A stretch of 64,000 bases of DNA from Octopus bimaculoides (GCF_001194135.2 NC_068985.1:27212868-27276867); one strand, 5' to 3'; positions 49,862 to 63,264 are shown, counted from the stretch's first letter. A program made the numbers and translations. The notes: a model not told the origin generated them from the letters alone.

Positions 49862-50219
49862 AGTCCATTTTACTAAAGGCACAAGGCCTGAAATTTGGGG
49901 GAAGGGGACTAGTTGATTACATTGACCCCAGTGTTTCACTGGTACTTAATTTATCAATCCTGAAAGGATGAAAGGCAAAGTTGACCTTGGTGGAATAATA
50001 ATAATCCTTTCTACTAAAGGCACAAGGCCTGAAATTTTTGGGGAGGGGACTAGTTGATCACATCAATCCCAGTGTGTAACTGGTACTTAATTTATCGACA
50101 CTAAAAGGATGAAAGGCAAAGTTGACCTAGGTGAAATTTGAAATTAGAACGTTAAGATGGACGAAATGCCACTAAGTATTTCATCCAGCGTGCTAACGAT
50201 TCTGGCAGCTCGCAGCCTT
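49862..50219 (-). mobile_element. SINE family A doublet: full copy 49996-50219 plus 5'-truncated copy 49862-49995
   Basis: Two ACTAAAGGCACAAGGCCTGAAATTT...GGATGAAAGGCAAAGTTGACC blocks separated by (TAA)n. Confidence 0.88.
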
Positions 50220-50247
50220 AATAATAATAATAATGAGAATAATAATA

Positions 50248-50810
50248 AATGCCCAGATGCAGTACCAGGCAGTGGCTTTCATGGCTTCTGATCTTAATTG
50301 ATTGGAAGTGCTACCATGTACATTGTTTTGTCTTGGTATAAAAGATGGGCTACAGCAAATATTCTGCTCAATACCACAGATTTGCTTGTCAGTTGTTTGA
50401 CCTTAACCAGTTGAGCATGTCCCTTGGTGGCTGACGATATGTGCATCTCTGATCATGAGCATAAGTAGTGGGGGAGGCATCATAGCCATGTGTTGAGAGG
50501 AATTCTGTGGGGTTTGAATAATTTACCTTTGGAAACATGGGTGTTTTGCTCAACATCGTTAAACAAACCTTATTCAGGGACCTTTTGAGCGGGATGGGCT
50601 ACTCGACCTGAAGAAAATTCTAACTGGGCCCCCACCTGCGAGGTCATGCGCTGTTTATCTTGATATGAGATCACCATGTCGCGCACATATAGTTGTGATG
50701 CATGTGCCTGGTGTACCCTTATCAGACGGGTAGTCATGATGGGTATAATGGGCTTTGTATATTTTACCCCAGTGTCACTTTGATGGCATGCACTGCTCTC
50801 TCACTCAATA
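50248..50810. mobile_element. GC-richer element of about 560 bp embedded between (TAA)n tracts, probable retroelement fragment
   Basis: Sharp compositional boundary with TAA repeats on both sides. Single copy here, so the family is not assigned. Confidence 0.55.
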
Positions 50811-50818
50811 GTAATAAT

Positions 50819-50820
<2 letters not shown>

Positions 50821-50859
<39 letters not shown>
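50821..50859. repeat. (AAT)n microsatellite
   Basis: Seen directly. Confidence 0.95.
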
Positions 50860-50863
<4 letters not shown>

Positions 50864-51562
50864 AATAAATTAATTAAAACATGCTTCACTTCAAAATATA
50901 TCAGTTTCTAATTTTGTGTGTATGTCAAAGAGACAAAAAGGACTTAAATTCTTTGTACTTACTAATATTTTATTCCAGTAACACTGGATTATATTCCATT
51001 TTTTAACAGCGTAGAAATCCTGAAAAATACAATTAGAGAAGGGAAAAGGAACCCTTTAAAATAAAGAATTAAAACCATTTTATCACATTTAAAAGTAAAC
51101 AATTCCTGGATATTAACATGTCAGTAGGTTTAACCCAGAAAGACTTTTCATAATAGATTCCTTACACTTTTATTTCTGTAATATAAAAGCATCCATCGTC
51201 ATCATCATCCAGTGTCTTAAATCTGGGTTTTGTCCTCGTTAATGGAGGTAGACAGATCTACCTCAATGCTATAGCAATCTTTGGCTGGCTGGTGCCTATT
51301 CTCCTTCATTATCATGAGGCTTTTATGGAGCTGAATTTTCTACGGGGAGCATGCCCTTGCTTACCCCAACCTCAGTTTCCAGGCATGAATAGTCCCAAGA
51401 CCAAGGCCTTTACCATGATTTTTAAGAAATGTGGTGGAAAACTAGCCCAGGAAGGCAGTGACGCTACTCCCTGAGACCCTTTTGGAGCCCCCCCCCCTAC
51501 ATTAGCATATTGTTTCAGGTTATGTGCTTTATATGTGAATGTATGCGTGTACACTTATTTGT

Positions 51563-51925
51563 TTCAGTCATTGGACAGCGGTCATGCTGGAGCACCACCT
51601 TGAAGGGTTTTAGTTGAATATATCAATCTCAGTACTTATATTATTTGTTTAACCCTTTAGTGTTCAGGTTATTCTGTGAAATGCAATGTTTTGAATTAAT
51701 TATGCATTATGTCATGGCTTTGAGGTTTCAATGATGTGATTGTTTATTTTCAGAATGTTAGTGTAGGTTAGGTGTAAGAGGTGAAATATGGCCAGTTTGA
51801 ATGTAAAACATGTAAAATATTCGAGCCGGATTTGGCCGGTTTAAACTAAACGCTAAAGGATTAAATCTGGTACTTATTCTATTGGTCTCTTTTGCCAAAC
51901 TGGGGGATGTAAACAACTCACTACA
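51563..51925 (-). mobile_element. SINE family B 3' half interrupted by a MITE
   Basis: CAGTCATTGGACAGCGGTCATGCTGGAGCACCACC and GGTACTTATTCTATTGGTCTCTTTTGCC are reverse complements of contiguous family B segments. Confidence 0.78.
51653..51860. mobile_element. piggyBac-like MITE of 208 bp with TTAA TSD
   Basis: TTAA at 51649-51652 and 51861-51864. Termini CCCTTTAGTGTTCAG and CTAAACGCTAAAGGA are a 12/15 inverted match. Confidence 0.85.
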
Positions 51926-51950
51926 AAGACATATATATGCACATACATAC

Positions 51951-51954
<4 letters not shown>

Positions 51955-52002
<48 letters not shown>

Positions 52003-52016
52003 AGAGAGAAAGAGAA
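51955..52016. repeat. (AG)n microsatellite
   Basis: Seen directly. Confidence 0.95.
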
Positions 52017-52319
52017 AGATATCACAGGCTTCCTTAATTTTTTTTTTTCAATGAAAGTCCCTCCCAACAGAGTGGCAAGAAATCAACACTAAAACAGGCT
52101 TCAAGCAACCAGTTGGCAGTTATAAAAGGAAAGAAAAAAAAATCTAATGAGAAGGTGTCCCTAAGAATCATAAAATGATCAGTGCAAAACTAAGAAGAAT
52201 TAAGATTGTATTTATATATATCTGTCTTAAGAAACTCTGTTCCATAAGACAAATGGTCAAGGAAAGAAGCTGCTAGACTACAAACAAGTTTTACAGGTGT
52301 GTGTGTGTGTGTGTGTGGA

Positions 52320-52560
52320 GTGACAATAACATGGAAAGGATGAGAATTAGTAGAAACACAAGCCATTTGATTAGTAACCTTAGGAGGTACAAGAAATTTC
52401 GTCAGAACAATGACTATGGAAGTATTTATAGAATAGAGATGAAGAAGCGTTGTCCTGGTGATGAGAGAGGGGTTAAAGTTTAGCTGCCAAAACAGGTCCA
52501 ATAATGTTAGGAACTCTCTTGAATTCAATTAATGAAAGAGAGAAAACAATCAAATATCCA
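52320..52560 (-). mobile_element. CR1/Jockey-group LINE 3' fragment
   Basis: Reverse strand gives PLSHHQDNASSSLFYKYFHSHCSDE...STNSHPF. Confidence 0.65.
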
Positions 52561-52599
52561 TATGTGAAACCGTATTCTATATAAGAGACTTTAAAAATG

Positions 52600-52791
52600 A
52601 AGAATGGTGCTACGTAAAGAGTACTGATGTTGGCGCTATGTAAAAAGCACTCAGTACACTCTGTAAAGTTGTTGGCATTAGAAAGGGCATCCAGCTGTAA
52701 AGAACAAGTCAGAAGGGACAATGGAGCTTGGTGCGGCCCCCTGGCCTTATCAGCTCATGTTAAACCATCCAGCCTGTTCCAGCATGGGAAA

Positions 52792-52850
<59 letters not shown>
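52600..52850 (+). mobile_element. SINE 3' half with RTE-type tail ending in (GAT)19 at 52794-52850
   Basis: GGCATTAGAAAGGGCATCCAGCTGTA block and CCAGCATGGGAAATG-(GAT)n. Confidence 0.8.
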
Positions 52851-52851
<1 letters not shown>

Positions 52852-54499
52852 GCAAGCTCAGTATAGAGATGCAACTTCATTGTGGCAGATTTAGTAAGAG
52901 ATCTAATATAATCATTCTAAGTGAGTTCTTTAGAAAAAAGTTAAATCTAAAAGACAAAGACTGGGAGATTTTTAAGGGATGAGGATGTCAGAGTTTAAGA
53001 TTTTCAAGTCGTGTGAAGGGAGAAAGAAGTGCACAGAATGAATAAGAAGTTTGTTTCGCCATCAAGAGGTCCTGGATTGGCATATAGTCAACAAGTGTCT
53101 TTTAACTGAAGTTTTGCTCAATCCAAGTCTTTTGAGAGCAATTTAATAGATGGGAACTGTATCAAAACTCATAGAGTGGAGTGTCCATATATTTCAAAGG
53201 TCTAAACTTGTCACATACGTCATGCAGATTTGACCTGAGAATTACATCAAGGGTACACATTTCTGTAGAAGGCTCAGGTATTTATATCTTAATTTAATGT
53301 ATAGAGCCCCCACTCCTCTCTCTTGTTGCATTATATAAGTAGGAATGGCTAAATACAAGAAGCTTACCTCTACACTCTGATGTTTATTGAAATTATTATT
53401 ATTGATAGTGATTGATTGATTGGTGAAATAAGTTTACAACTTGTTTTTGATTCATAGCTGAAATGAATTGTCCAAGTTTTATGAAGCTGTGTGCCCCAGT
53501 GGTTTAGATGTTGAGCTCACAATTAAGGTTATTATTAGTTCAATTCCTGGACTGAATGATGTGTTGTATTCTTCACTTCATGTAGCTTCAGTCAACTCAG
53601 CTGAAAATGAGTACTAACCCAGTGCATGTGAAGCCCTTTCTCCCTCCAACTATCACACCTGGGATGTTTCACTGGATTCAAAGGTGGCAGGGCTGTATAG
53701 ATAGATGTCTATGCTTGCAAGTACATATGCATCCTAAAATAATCTCACTTGCAAGCTACTGCAAATGCATTCACACTACAGCCTCTCAATTCTTCACTCT
53801 AAAAACCTTGGTTTTTATATTTATAAATATTGGTTAATTACACACTAACAAAGAATAAAAATAATTCAGTAGAGACAATAGTTTAAATTAGTCTTAGATC
53901 TGTTTTTGTTGAAATCAAATTTTATTAAATGACATAGTAAGCTGAAGAGCATTTTCACAGGATGTAATTTTTCAAAAATGAACATCTATTTTTGTGCTAC
54001 CTTTTTTTAATGTTAACATAAATAGCAGAGTAGTTTTGCAAGTTTGGATAATTATACATGAAGTATTGGAGAAAAATGTTATTTATATTTTACAGACACA
54101 GATGTTAACCATTCATCATTATGTGATCGTGATGTCTGTTTCCATTACACAAGTATGAGATAAGTAGAATAACATATCTTGTGATTGGCACAACATTGAA
54201 ACTAGAGCAGGATTTGAAATGAAAATTTCACTGAGAAGTTCAACATTATGGCTTTTCAACCCTTGTGCCTTTATCTTTTAATACAGTAATTTTAGCTTGT
54301 CAAACCTTATATTAACTATGCCATCTTCTATCATCTACTATTCATTTACTCACCCACTAAAAAAATGAAGGTTGTGTTCACAGAAATAAACATGACCAAG
54401 AATTAATTGTATTTTACAAAATTATTAATTATAACAGAATAAAAAGGAAATCACCATGGAACTTTGTATAGATTGAGGAAAATGATGCAGTTGATGTTA

Positions 54500-54790
54500 A
54501 TCTTGAACATCTATCTGTAGGATAAGTAGGATAAGTGGGAGGAAAGTAATTCTAGGGAGGATTGATTGGGAGATGCCAAGTATCCAGCATGGTGTTTGGA
54601 AGAGTGACACAATAGGGATGACAAAAGGAGATACAATAGGGAAGTACACTGGGTGTGTCTGACAAGAATTGGTACACAGCCTGTCACTTAAGAGGAGCAG
54701 AAACTACTGTAGGTGTGATTGAAAAGGAGTTAAGAAGAAATAGTGCACATATGAGAGAGTCTTTGTTAACCAACTGGACAGACTTCATTT
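54500..54790 (-). mobile_element. Highly decayed CR1/Jockey-group 3' fragment
   Basis: Reverse strand weakly collinear with the 59.3-59.4 kb segment. Confidence 0.4.
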
Positions 54791-54816
54791 AGATACATTT
54801 AAGATAATTGTGTGTA

Positions 54817-54823
<7 letters not shown>

Positions 54824-54867
<44 letters not shown>
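54824..54867. repeat. (GA)n microsatellite
   Basis: Seen directly. Confidence 0.95.
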
Positions 54868-54869
<2 letters not shown>

Positions 54870-56394
54870 TGTTCCAAATTTGTGAATAATACATGTAGGC
54901 CATACTTGAGCATTCTAGAGAGTCAACTCTGATCAAAGTTAAAGTGTTTGTCAGTTTGGTAAAGTGCAAAATCAGTTTGACACTTTAACAAATCAATGTG
55001 AATAATTACTTTACTAAATAGATGCTTAGTTAAACTGGCAAAGTGCATTTGGAAACACAAATCTCCAACATAATATAAAAATACAAACCAATCAGAATGG
55101 TAGTCATTTGTCTTCTTTCTATAGAAAGTAAATTGGAACTGCTGAGGTCATATGCTGAATAAGGTATCACCTTCTTGTTATTTTCCCATTAACTAGAGAT
55201 GGACAGAGCAGTAATCAGATCATCTCACAGGTAGGCTACTAATTCTACTTTAGCTGAATTTTTAACTAATATAAAAATGTTGTTGTAACATTCAACATCA
55301 CTTAGCTCATTCATCAACGGTGGACCTACAGCAGAGCATGAGAGTATCTGTACATTTGCCAGAACCAACATTTTTTTTCTTGTTGAAAGACTTTACAGAA
55401 TACAACTCTGTTGTAATGGTAAGTCTCTGACAATTCTTTTCAAGATAAATTTAGTTATAAGTTGATTGTATTCACAAAGGTGATAATGTACATACAATAC
55501 AGAAGCAAGAGTAAGATGTATGTAATGGCAAGAAAAGGCTTACTAAAAAGTGGACTAAATGATGGTAACAAGCATGTATGTGTAGATGTGCATAGAGAAT
55601 AGTGTCAAAGCATTGTAAATAGAAAATAGGAAAAAAAAAATACTTCATGTCGAAGAAATATAAAAAAAAACACCATTAAAGACATGTATAACTCAGAAAA
55701 TGATAATTAATTTCTAGAAGAAAGGTCTGAAATATGTAACAGCAATAAGTTAAGTTTTAGATGGGTATCAAGAAATATTCTAATAAGGAACCAACCTTCA
55801 GATTCACATCACAATAATTTAAAGCAAACAAAATATGTACAGATGCAGCACAATTTTGTCAGTGAACAGGTTGCGGTCTCAAAGTGATGAAAATATTTTG
55901 ACAAATTAAATTTAAATGTTGAAGTGAATCTGACGGCTTTTGTGTGTTATTTTAAATGGCTTATAAACACCTTCCACGCTGCAATTATTTTCGTTCCAGC
56001 ACACAATCTCAGATCAGGTCACTTGCTATGCAAGTACATCTCCATAAAATATGTACAAATACAGGTATTTGTGAATAGCATCTTAAGTAAAACAGACTCA
56101 AAGTAAACAAGAAGCAACAACAATAACCAGAAACATTCTATAATTTAAATGAGCTTCCTTCTCATCTTTAGGCCTCTGTTGGTGAGGGTTAACTGTGCAT
56201 GTATACTTGAAAAGTTCTTTAACACGATGCAAACTTAGGCAACGATTTTTTTTCATAGAAGACCAACAATTACTCATGCAGCAAGTTTCCCTTCTGTATG
56301 CATTGATATTGACCAAGAGAAAAGCAGCTTGATATCCATGTTGTCACAATCAAACTTAGAAATGTAAAGAGGCTGGGTAAATGCTGATAGGCAT

Positions 56395-56545
56395 TGTACC
56401 CAATGCTCTTACAATTTAGTCAATCAATTGCCACGAGTTGGTACTTTATCTTATCAACCCTAGAAGGATGAAAAGCGAAGCCAACTCCAGCAAGATTTGA
56501 GCTCATAATGTAAGGAGCAAAAACAAACACCATAAAGCATTTTGG
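56395..56545 (-). mobile_element. Degenerate family A-related SINE
   Basis: GGTACTTTATCTTATCAACCCTAGAAGGATGAAAAGCGAAG...GATTTGAGCTC. Confidence 0.6.
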
Positions 56546-57990
56546 CCCAGCTCCTATGTTTATACTTTTTGATATACATTAAGCTAGCTCCATACATGAA
56601 TTAACAGACATACAGTATAAGCAAAAGTAATTGAATATTTAGACATATCCACAAGAAATGGCTTAGTTTTTCATGACTTTTAGGTAAAACAAATTACAAG
56701 TACTAAGTATTTAATAGATTTGGGAGAGATGGAAAGGTAAATTAAAACTCAGAACTGCATGTTATCAATCAGACTGTATTTTTGTATACTATGAAACCAC
56801 AGTATTATGAAGATGGTATACTGGGTTGAGAGGAACCTTATTGCTTTCTAGCTAAGAATGTTCTCTGCATTAGACATATTATTAAGAAACTGGAGGCTTG
56901 AAACAGGTTTATTTCAAACATTGAAGTGAAGAGAGATCTGAAAGATTTGTTAACAAAATTATACATTGTGTATTAAATATAAGCTTGCTAATTTCAAATA
57001 TATAATTTGTGAAAGTCAAATCAAGTCTTGGTACCTTGTAACATAGTTTTACAACATCGCTTTTACTATCATATGTATTTAGTAGATTTGTAGATAGAAT
57101 TCAAATTTAGTCACCTCAAATGCTAATTTTAAGTTGAGTCAATGACTGGATTTGTATTAAATCTTGTAGTATTAGCGAGAGGTTTTGCATAAAGTAATTA
57201 AATGAATATACGATATAAATGGCAGTAAGAACATTTGTTTTAAAAGCAGTAGTAACACAATTATATAAGCAATAAAAATATAGAAACGCAAAAAATTATA
57301 TATAAAATATAACAGAAAATTATAGCCCTTAGGGTTGAATTCAACTGCTCGTTCTTGCAAACAGATAATTATAAGGCAACATTACTGGCTCTAATTTCCT
57401 AGAATTACAAATATTACTTTGTGGCAGTCACTTTGTGAATGATTATACAGGAAAGATGAGATTTGTAATTTACTGTATAACTTTTTTCTTTAAATTTTAG
57501 TTTGTCTGGTGATCCACAACTCCTGCTAAACTACAACTGTTCAAGTGAAAAAGACTTCAAAATCCAAAGTAATGAATGTTAAATCCTATAAACATGTGAC
57601 ACAGATGGAAGAAGGATTGACTAGCATTTAAATGTTCTTATCTAGACAAAGCCTTTACTGATCTGCAGGAAATACAGTTATATGTACCGATAATGCAGTC
57701 TCCTTTACTATACAAGGACCTAATTTCTAGAGAAAAGAAATAATAGTTATTCTAATGCCAAACTGTCTTACAAGAGCTCACAAAAAGTGAGAAAAAAATG
57801 AAAACTATTGTGGAATACTGCATAATGAAAAGTAAAGCGAAAGCTTGAAAGTAATACATTATTTTGATCATATGACTATATAACCAACAAATGATTCTGT
57901 GGCTTAATGTTCTGAGTTAAAATCCTGTCAATGTCTGAATTACTTTACTTTTTTGAGCAAATATTGTGCTACATAATATTTGAGCTGTCT

Positions 57991-58210
57991 AAGGCAGCAA
58001 GCTGGTAGAAATGTTAGCACGCAAGGTGAAATGCGTAGCGGTATTTCGTCTGTCTTTACATTCTGAGTTCAAATTCTGCTGAGGTTGACTTTGCTTTTCA
58101 CTCTTTCAGAGGTCAATAGATTAAGTACCAGTTGCATACTGGAGGTCGATCTAATCAACTGCCCCCCCACCCAAAAAAAAATTTTGGGCCTTGTGCCCAG
58201 AATAGAAAAG
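57991..58210 (+). mobile_element. SINE family A, tail type 2, with perfect 16-bp TSD
   Basis: AATATTTGAGCTGTCT at 57975-57990 and 58211-58226. Confidence 0.93.
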
Positions 58211-58254
58211 AATATTTGAGCTGTCTCTAAACATATGCAAAACTGGTTTCATTC

Positions 58255-59450
58255 TTGTGGAATTTTTCTGTTCTCCACTTTTGAACCATGATGGTTTTGT
58301 AAACAGTACATCAGCAATGAAAGCCTTCACATTTACTGCCCATTTTGTATCCAATTCTATACTACATGCACTAGATACATCTCAAAAACTACCTTTCCAG
58401 AAGGCTTGCCAACCTGCACATATGCATACCAAGTGTGAAAGTACCTTCAATCACTTCAAACCAATAAGTCTATTGACCTCATCAACTCACACTTCCTCTT
58501 TAACTGATCACCAATATGACTTCCATAAAGTCAGATTTATTGAGGACATACTCTCTTGTATTACTCACCAAGGGGCTCTCATCCTCAGAAAATTAGATGA
58601 AAGTAGTTTTGCTCCCTTCAACATTAGCAAAGCTTTAAAGCACATCCTGCATGTAAACCTCCTGGAAAAATTGCCTTCCTATGATTTTCATTTGCCCTTG
58701 ATTCTTGAATCAGATGTCACACAAAGAGACATGGGTTGCTGGAAGTATCTCTGATCTGCTCTATCAACTCTGGTATACCTTAGGGTTTGGTTTTGCCACC
58801 CATATTCTTCTTCCTATACTTTAATGTCTTACTTGTTGTCACTTCCAACAATGCCCACTCTTTGCAGATGATACCAACCTTCATTCTTCTTTAACCTTTT
58901 GCACCCAAATGTCATCTGCATGTAACTACACCTCATGCTGACCGTGTCTTCTTGAACAGGTAAAAAGACACAATCACTGTACATATCAAGAGAATATTAT
59001 CTCATCTACTCATTGCTATTGCTAAACAAGAATACATAACTAGAACCCTCACAATTACTTCAAATACTAAGCTCCACCAGGACTAAGGATCTCTCAGAGC
59101 AAACATACATCCTCAAAACTGTAAAAACAGCTGCACAAAGATTGTCCGTCTTCTTCAGGTTCAGAAAAAAACCTAACCTTTGCAACAACTACTAGCTCTC
59201 TACAAAGCCCAGTTAAGCCCACAATGGAATACTGGTCTCACACCTGTGATGTGTTGATACTATACACACAAATATCTTACACCATATTTATAGAAAGGCC
59301 AGTTAATTGATCGATGTGAAGTTGTTTACAAACATACTCTAATCTCTGGCTCATAAATGTACTGTCTCCTCCTTCTGTCTTTCCTGCTGCTACTACTGTG
59401 GCTATTGCTTCCTGGATCTGGCTAGTTCCATACAAAAATTTATTCTATGT
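58255..59450 (+). mobile_element. Decayed CR1/Jockey-group LINE reverse transcriptase
   Basis: FKPISLL, LTDHQYDFHK, NISKALKHILHVNLLEKLPSY, FADDT at 58861-58875, and QLLALYKA...TMEY. Frameshifted. Confidence 0.85.
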
Positions 59451-60182
59451 CCTCAATGGCGAATCAGTGACCAATGATGTAATTGCAAAAATTCTTTAGT
59501 GTTCTCCCTTTTCACCAGTGTTTTTAATTATGTGCTTCAAGCATCAGCAGATACAATTGACTGTAAATACCTTCTGGTCCCTCCAAGATAAGCTCACATC
59601 CATACATGAAAACAGTATAGATTCTGTAGATGATCTTGCACAACTTACATGAGGCACAAGATCTGCTAATCCCTCTTGAGACAGCAGTAAACTACATTAA
59701 TGATCATTATCAAATGTGTCTTTTCTAAGATGTTAGGGAGTGATTTGAGGGAGATTCGGCTTCTATTTCTAGCAGGTCGAATGACCACACAGACTTCCCT
59801 GTTACTCATTTGGCTATATGTATGTACATATGCATCTTATAGTGTAATCAAATGTACTCAAGATAGATCAGATAGCTAATGTTTCCTCTTTTAGCTATAA
59901 TTGACAAAATAAACTATGAGAGAAAACAGCTATTATATAAAAATAATCTAATCATGTATAAGGTCACACAAAGAAATTTACAAGAAACCTATTTTTTACC
60001 TGTCTTCTCTATTTAAGAAGACAGTAGAACAAACTTTTTAACACATGTATATAATGTCCCAAATTTTATTTGAACAATAAAAATGAGAAATTGTGTTTCA
60101 TATATATACTTTACAAGGGTACTATGAAGGTTGTCAACTGGAGCTACTGTGAAGGGACTCTGAATAGCAACTTTAACATGGA

Positions 60183-60325
60183 TGTTCATCATCATCATCA
60201 TCGTTTAACGTCTGCTTTCCATGCTAGCATGGGTTGGACGATTTGACTGAGGACTGGTGAACCAGGTGGCTACACCAGGCTCCAATCTGATTTGGCAGGG
60301 TTTCTACAGCTGGATGCCCTTCTTC
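60183..60325 (-). mobile_element. SINE 3' end with RTE-type tail and (CAT)n
   Basis: CATCATCGTTTAACGTCTGCTTTCCATGCTAGCATGGGTTGG...CTACAGCTGGATGCCCTT. Confidence 0.8.
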
Positions 60326-60524
60326 ATTTATCAATTTTTCTACCATTGTACCTTAGTGGTTATCTTGCACTAAATAAATAATTTAAACTACAAATCAATA
60401 GTGAATAATCAAAATTATATTAGTCCATACTCACAAACACTGTATAAAGATTTTCAAAAGCCAAAAGTCAACTGAACATTTGTAAACAATTGGACAGTAG
60501 CTATCTACACAAACTGAAGGAAAA

Positions 60525-60720
60525 AATTTTGGCACAAGGCCAGCAGTTTCCGAGGAAAGAGTAAGTTGATTATATTGACCCTGCTGCTAAACTAGTACTT
60601 ATTTTAATGACCCTGAAAAAGTCAACCTCAGTGGAATTTGAACTCAGAATGTAGAAACTGGACAACATGCCAATAAGCATTTCGCCCAGCACATAAATGA
60701 TTCTGCCAGCTTGCTGCCTT
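60525..60720 (-). mobile_element. SINE family A, tail type 2
   Basis: GGCACAAGGCC...AACCTCAGTGGAATTTGAACTCAGAATG...CTGCCAGCTTGCTGCCTT. Confidence 0.85.
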
Positions 60721-62897
60721 AACTATCTATGCAAATTATTATACAGATTAATCAACTAATTATATTGAAAAATTAACCCACAAGGATAGTTCACAGAATA
60801 TTGTCAAGTTCACCATAAGGAGCAGAAAGTCTAACATTACAGCCTTTTACTTTTATATGGAGGGTATAAACACACACATGCAAAATAAATGGGAGGTGAG
60901 GCTGTTTATCTTGCTGCAGGCAGTGAGTGAAGAGGAATTATCTTTTCATTCACTTCCTACAGCAAGGCCTGATACCACCTTTGTCATGCTTTACTCCCCA
61001 CTGAATAGCAAGAACTCAAAACAGATTTTCTACTCCTCACAGTAACGCAACATATCAACATGTTTTAAAGTTGCCTTTGGATTAAATTGATGCTGACAGA
61101 GATTTTCACCAGTTTCTTTGGATTTGGCACATAATCCTCATTGTCTCGACAGTTTGAATAGACAATAATAAACTGAAGTTAGATGAGATAATAAATTTTA
61201 ATTTAGGGTTGTAACTTTAGAAATATGCCAAGAGAAAAAAGAAATTGAAGTATGTCAGACATTAGTAAATAGCTTTGTGTTAGTAAATAGTATTCATATC
61301 TTAACCTAGCTCAGTAAGTTCAACTTGTTAGAAAAAAAGCATAATTTATGACCTACAAGCATTAACTACAAACTTGGTTTATTTGAAATTCAATCTTTAA
61401 ATGTAGCTGGAAACTGAAATGTAATGAAAGTTTACTTTAGAGCTATAGCTGTAAAGTCCCTGGAGAAGGTGAAAAAAAAAAAAAAAAAAAAAAAGTTTGT
61501 AGGGTAAATCGACTGTCTCACCAGGTATTTCAAATAGTTTGGTTCTTGCTAACAACACCTACTTCACTTGGTTCAGACTACAACTGTTACATTCTTGAAG
61601 GGCGGCTGATGTATGTAAAAAGAATAAATGCAATGTTGTGGAGAGGTTGCAATGATATATCACGAAAAAACAAAATGCCTTGTATGGGTGATGCAAAAAT
61701 CCCTGAAAAACTACTTTGGCCAAAGTATATAACACCAAAATAGGATAGGAATAAAAGAGATAAATAAATGATGCAGTAGTCAGGCAGAGATGGTTGAAGA
61801 AGTCAATTGCATTCTACATTACAATGGTGTTGTTGTACAGCAACAGAATATACAAAAGATTATTACATTTGATCTCTTTATGTAATAAAACTTATTTACA
61901 ATAAATTTAACTAATTCCCTTTTTATGCAAGATAAAAACAAAAAAACAATCAAATGACTCCGGATGAAATGAGAAATTTATGGAATTGTAGACTAAGCAT
62001 CAGGGATCTGAGGTGAAGAAATGTTTACAGCAAAATTACTTTACTAAGAATGAAAAAAAAAAATTCTTTTTACAGTAATGAATATAACTGCTGAGAAAAA
62101 TTTTCTATTTTCTTTAGAAGTAAAGCAAACTGAAACCTTAAAATTTTGGATATGGATAGTAGGGTGAGTATCAGATAATCAGAGAAATGATTCCAAACTA
62201 TACTGAAAGTTTTTAGCACAAGTTTATATCTTATACAAACTAAAGAATATTCATTCACATAACACACTATAAAATAACTAACGATATTATGAGAATCAAA
62301 AGAAAATGAAAATAAGATCTAAAATTTGTTTTTCTTTTTGTGAAAAAGAAATGAAATAATTTCTGTCATTTTAGAGAAGCTTCTGTAATTTTAAAGAAGC
62401 TTTAAAATATATTAAAATGCATATTATAAGTAAAGACCTTTCCATTCTGTGTCAGAGACTGAAATGAATTGTGAGCGGTGAGTGAAGTAACTTAGAGATT
62501 CAAATGAGTGTTGAGAACGACCAAGTAATCTTTATAAGAGGAATAGTTTATCAGAGTCCATTCACTTTCACCAAACAGGGTAATAAACCATTGAAATTAA
62601 TGCTAAACATTACTAATTCCAATTCATTTATCTTGCTTGTTTTACTAAAATCATTCTTTGCTGTAATTTGTCTTCTTAACAAATGACTGAATACTTCTCA
62701 TCAGCTGTAATAGCTTAACATAGCTTCTGGCTACAATTGACCTTTTTAACATAGAGGGACCCTTATTAATTTAAGGATACTACATGGAGTTATTTCCCTT
62801 TAAGTCTTTAATTAGAGAGAACCTCTTTTAAAATGAAACGGTTTGGAGAGTGAGAGAGAGAAAGAGCGAGAGAGAGAGAGAGATTATAAATTTGAAA

Positions 62898-63264
62898 CGT
62901 GGCTGTGTGATAAGAAGTATGCTTCCTAACCACATGGTTCTGGGTTCAGTTTCACAGTGTGGCACCTTCGGCAGGCCAAATTTAGTCAGCCCGCTGAAGG
63001 TGAGTGGATTTGGTAGATGGAAACTGAAAGGAGCCTGTTGTGTATGTGTCTTTGTGCCTCAGCTTGTCCCCCAACACCACTTGACAACTGGTTTTGATGT
63101 GCTTACATACCCTGTAACTTAGCAATTAGCCCAAAATATCTGATAGAATTAAGTACCAGGCTTTAAAATGCACTAGGGTCAACTTGTTTGGCATAAAAAA
63201 TTAATTCTTCAAGGTAATGCCCCAACATGGCTGCAGTCTAACACTGAAACAAGTAAAAGAAAGA
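62898..63264 (+). mobile_element. SINE family B, full length
   Basis: GGCTGTGTGATAAGAAG head, GGGTTCAGTTTCAC, GGCACCTTCGGCA core and GAAACAAGTAAAAGA tail. Confidence 0.85.

Noticed and set aside
44579-57568. Plus-strand exon candidates 44579-44662, 49490-49550, 56000-56064 and 57501-57568
   Set aside because: Each has splice-like ends and an open frame, but they do not chain into a recognisable protein. Such short hits are expected by chance in 30 kb.
58257-58754. 165-aa ORF as a host gene
   Set aside because: It is a degenerate LINE reverse-transcriptase segment.
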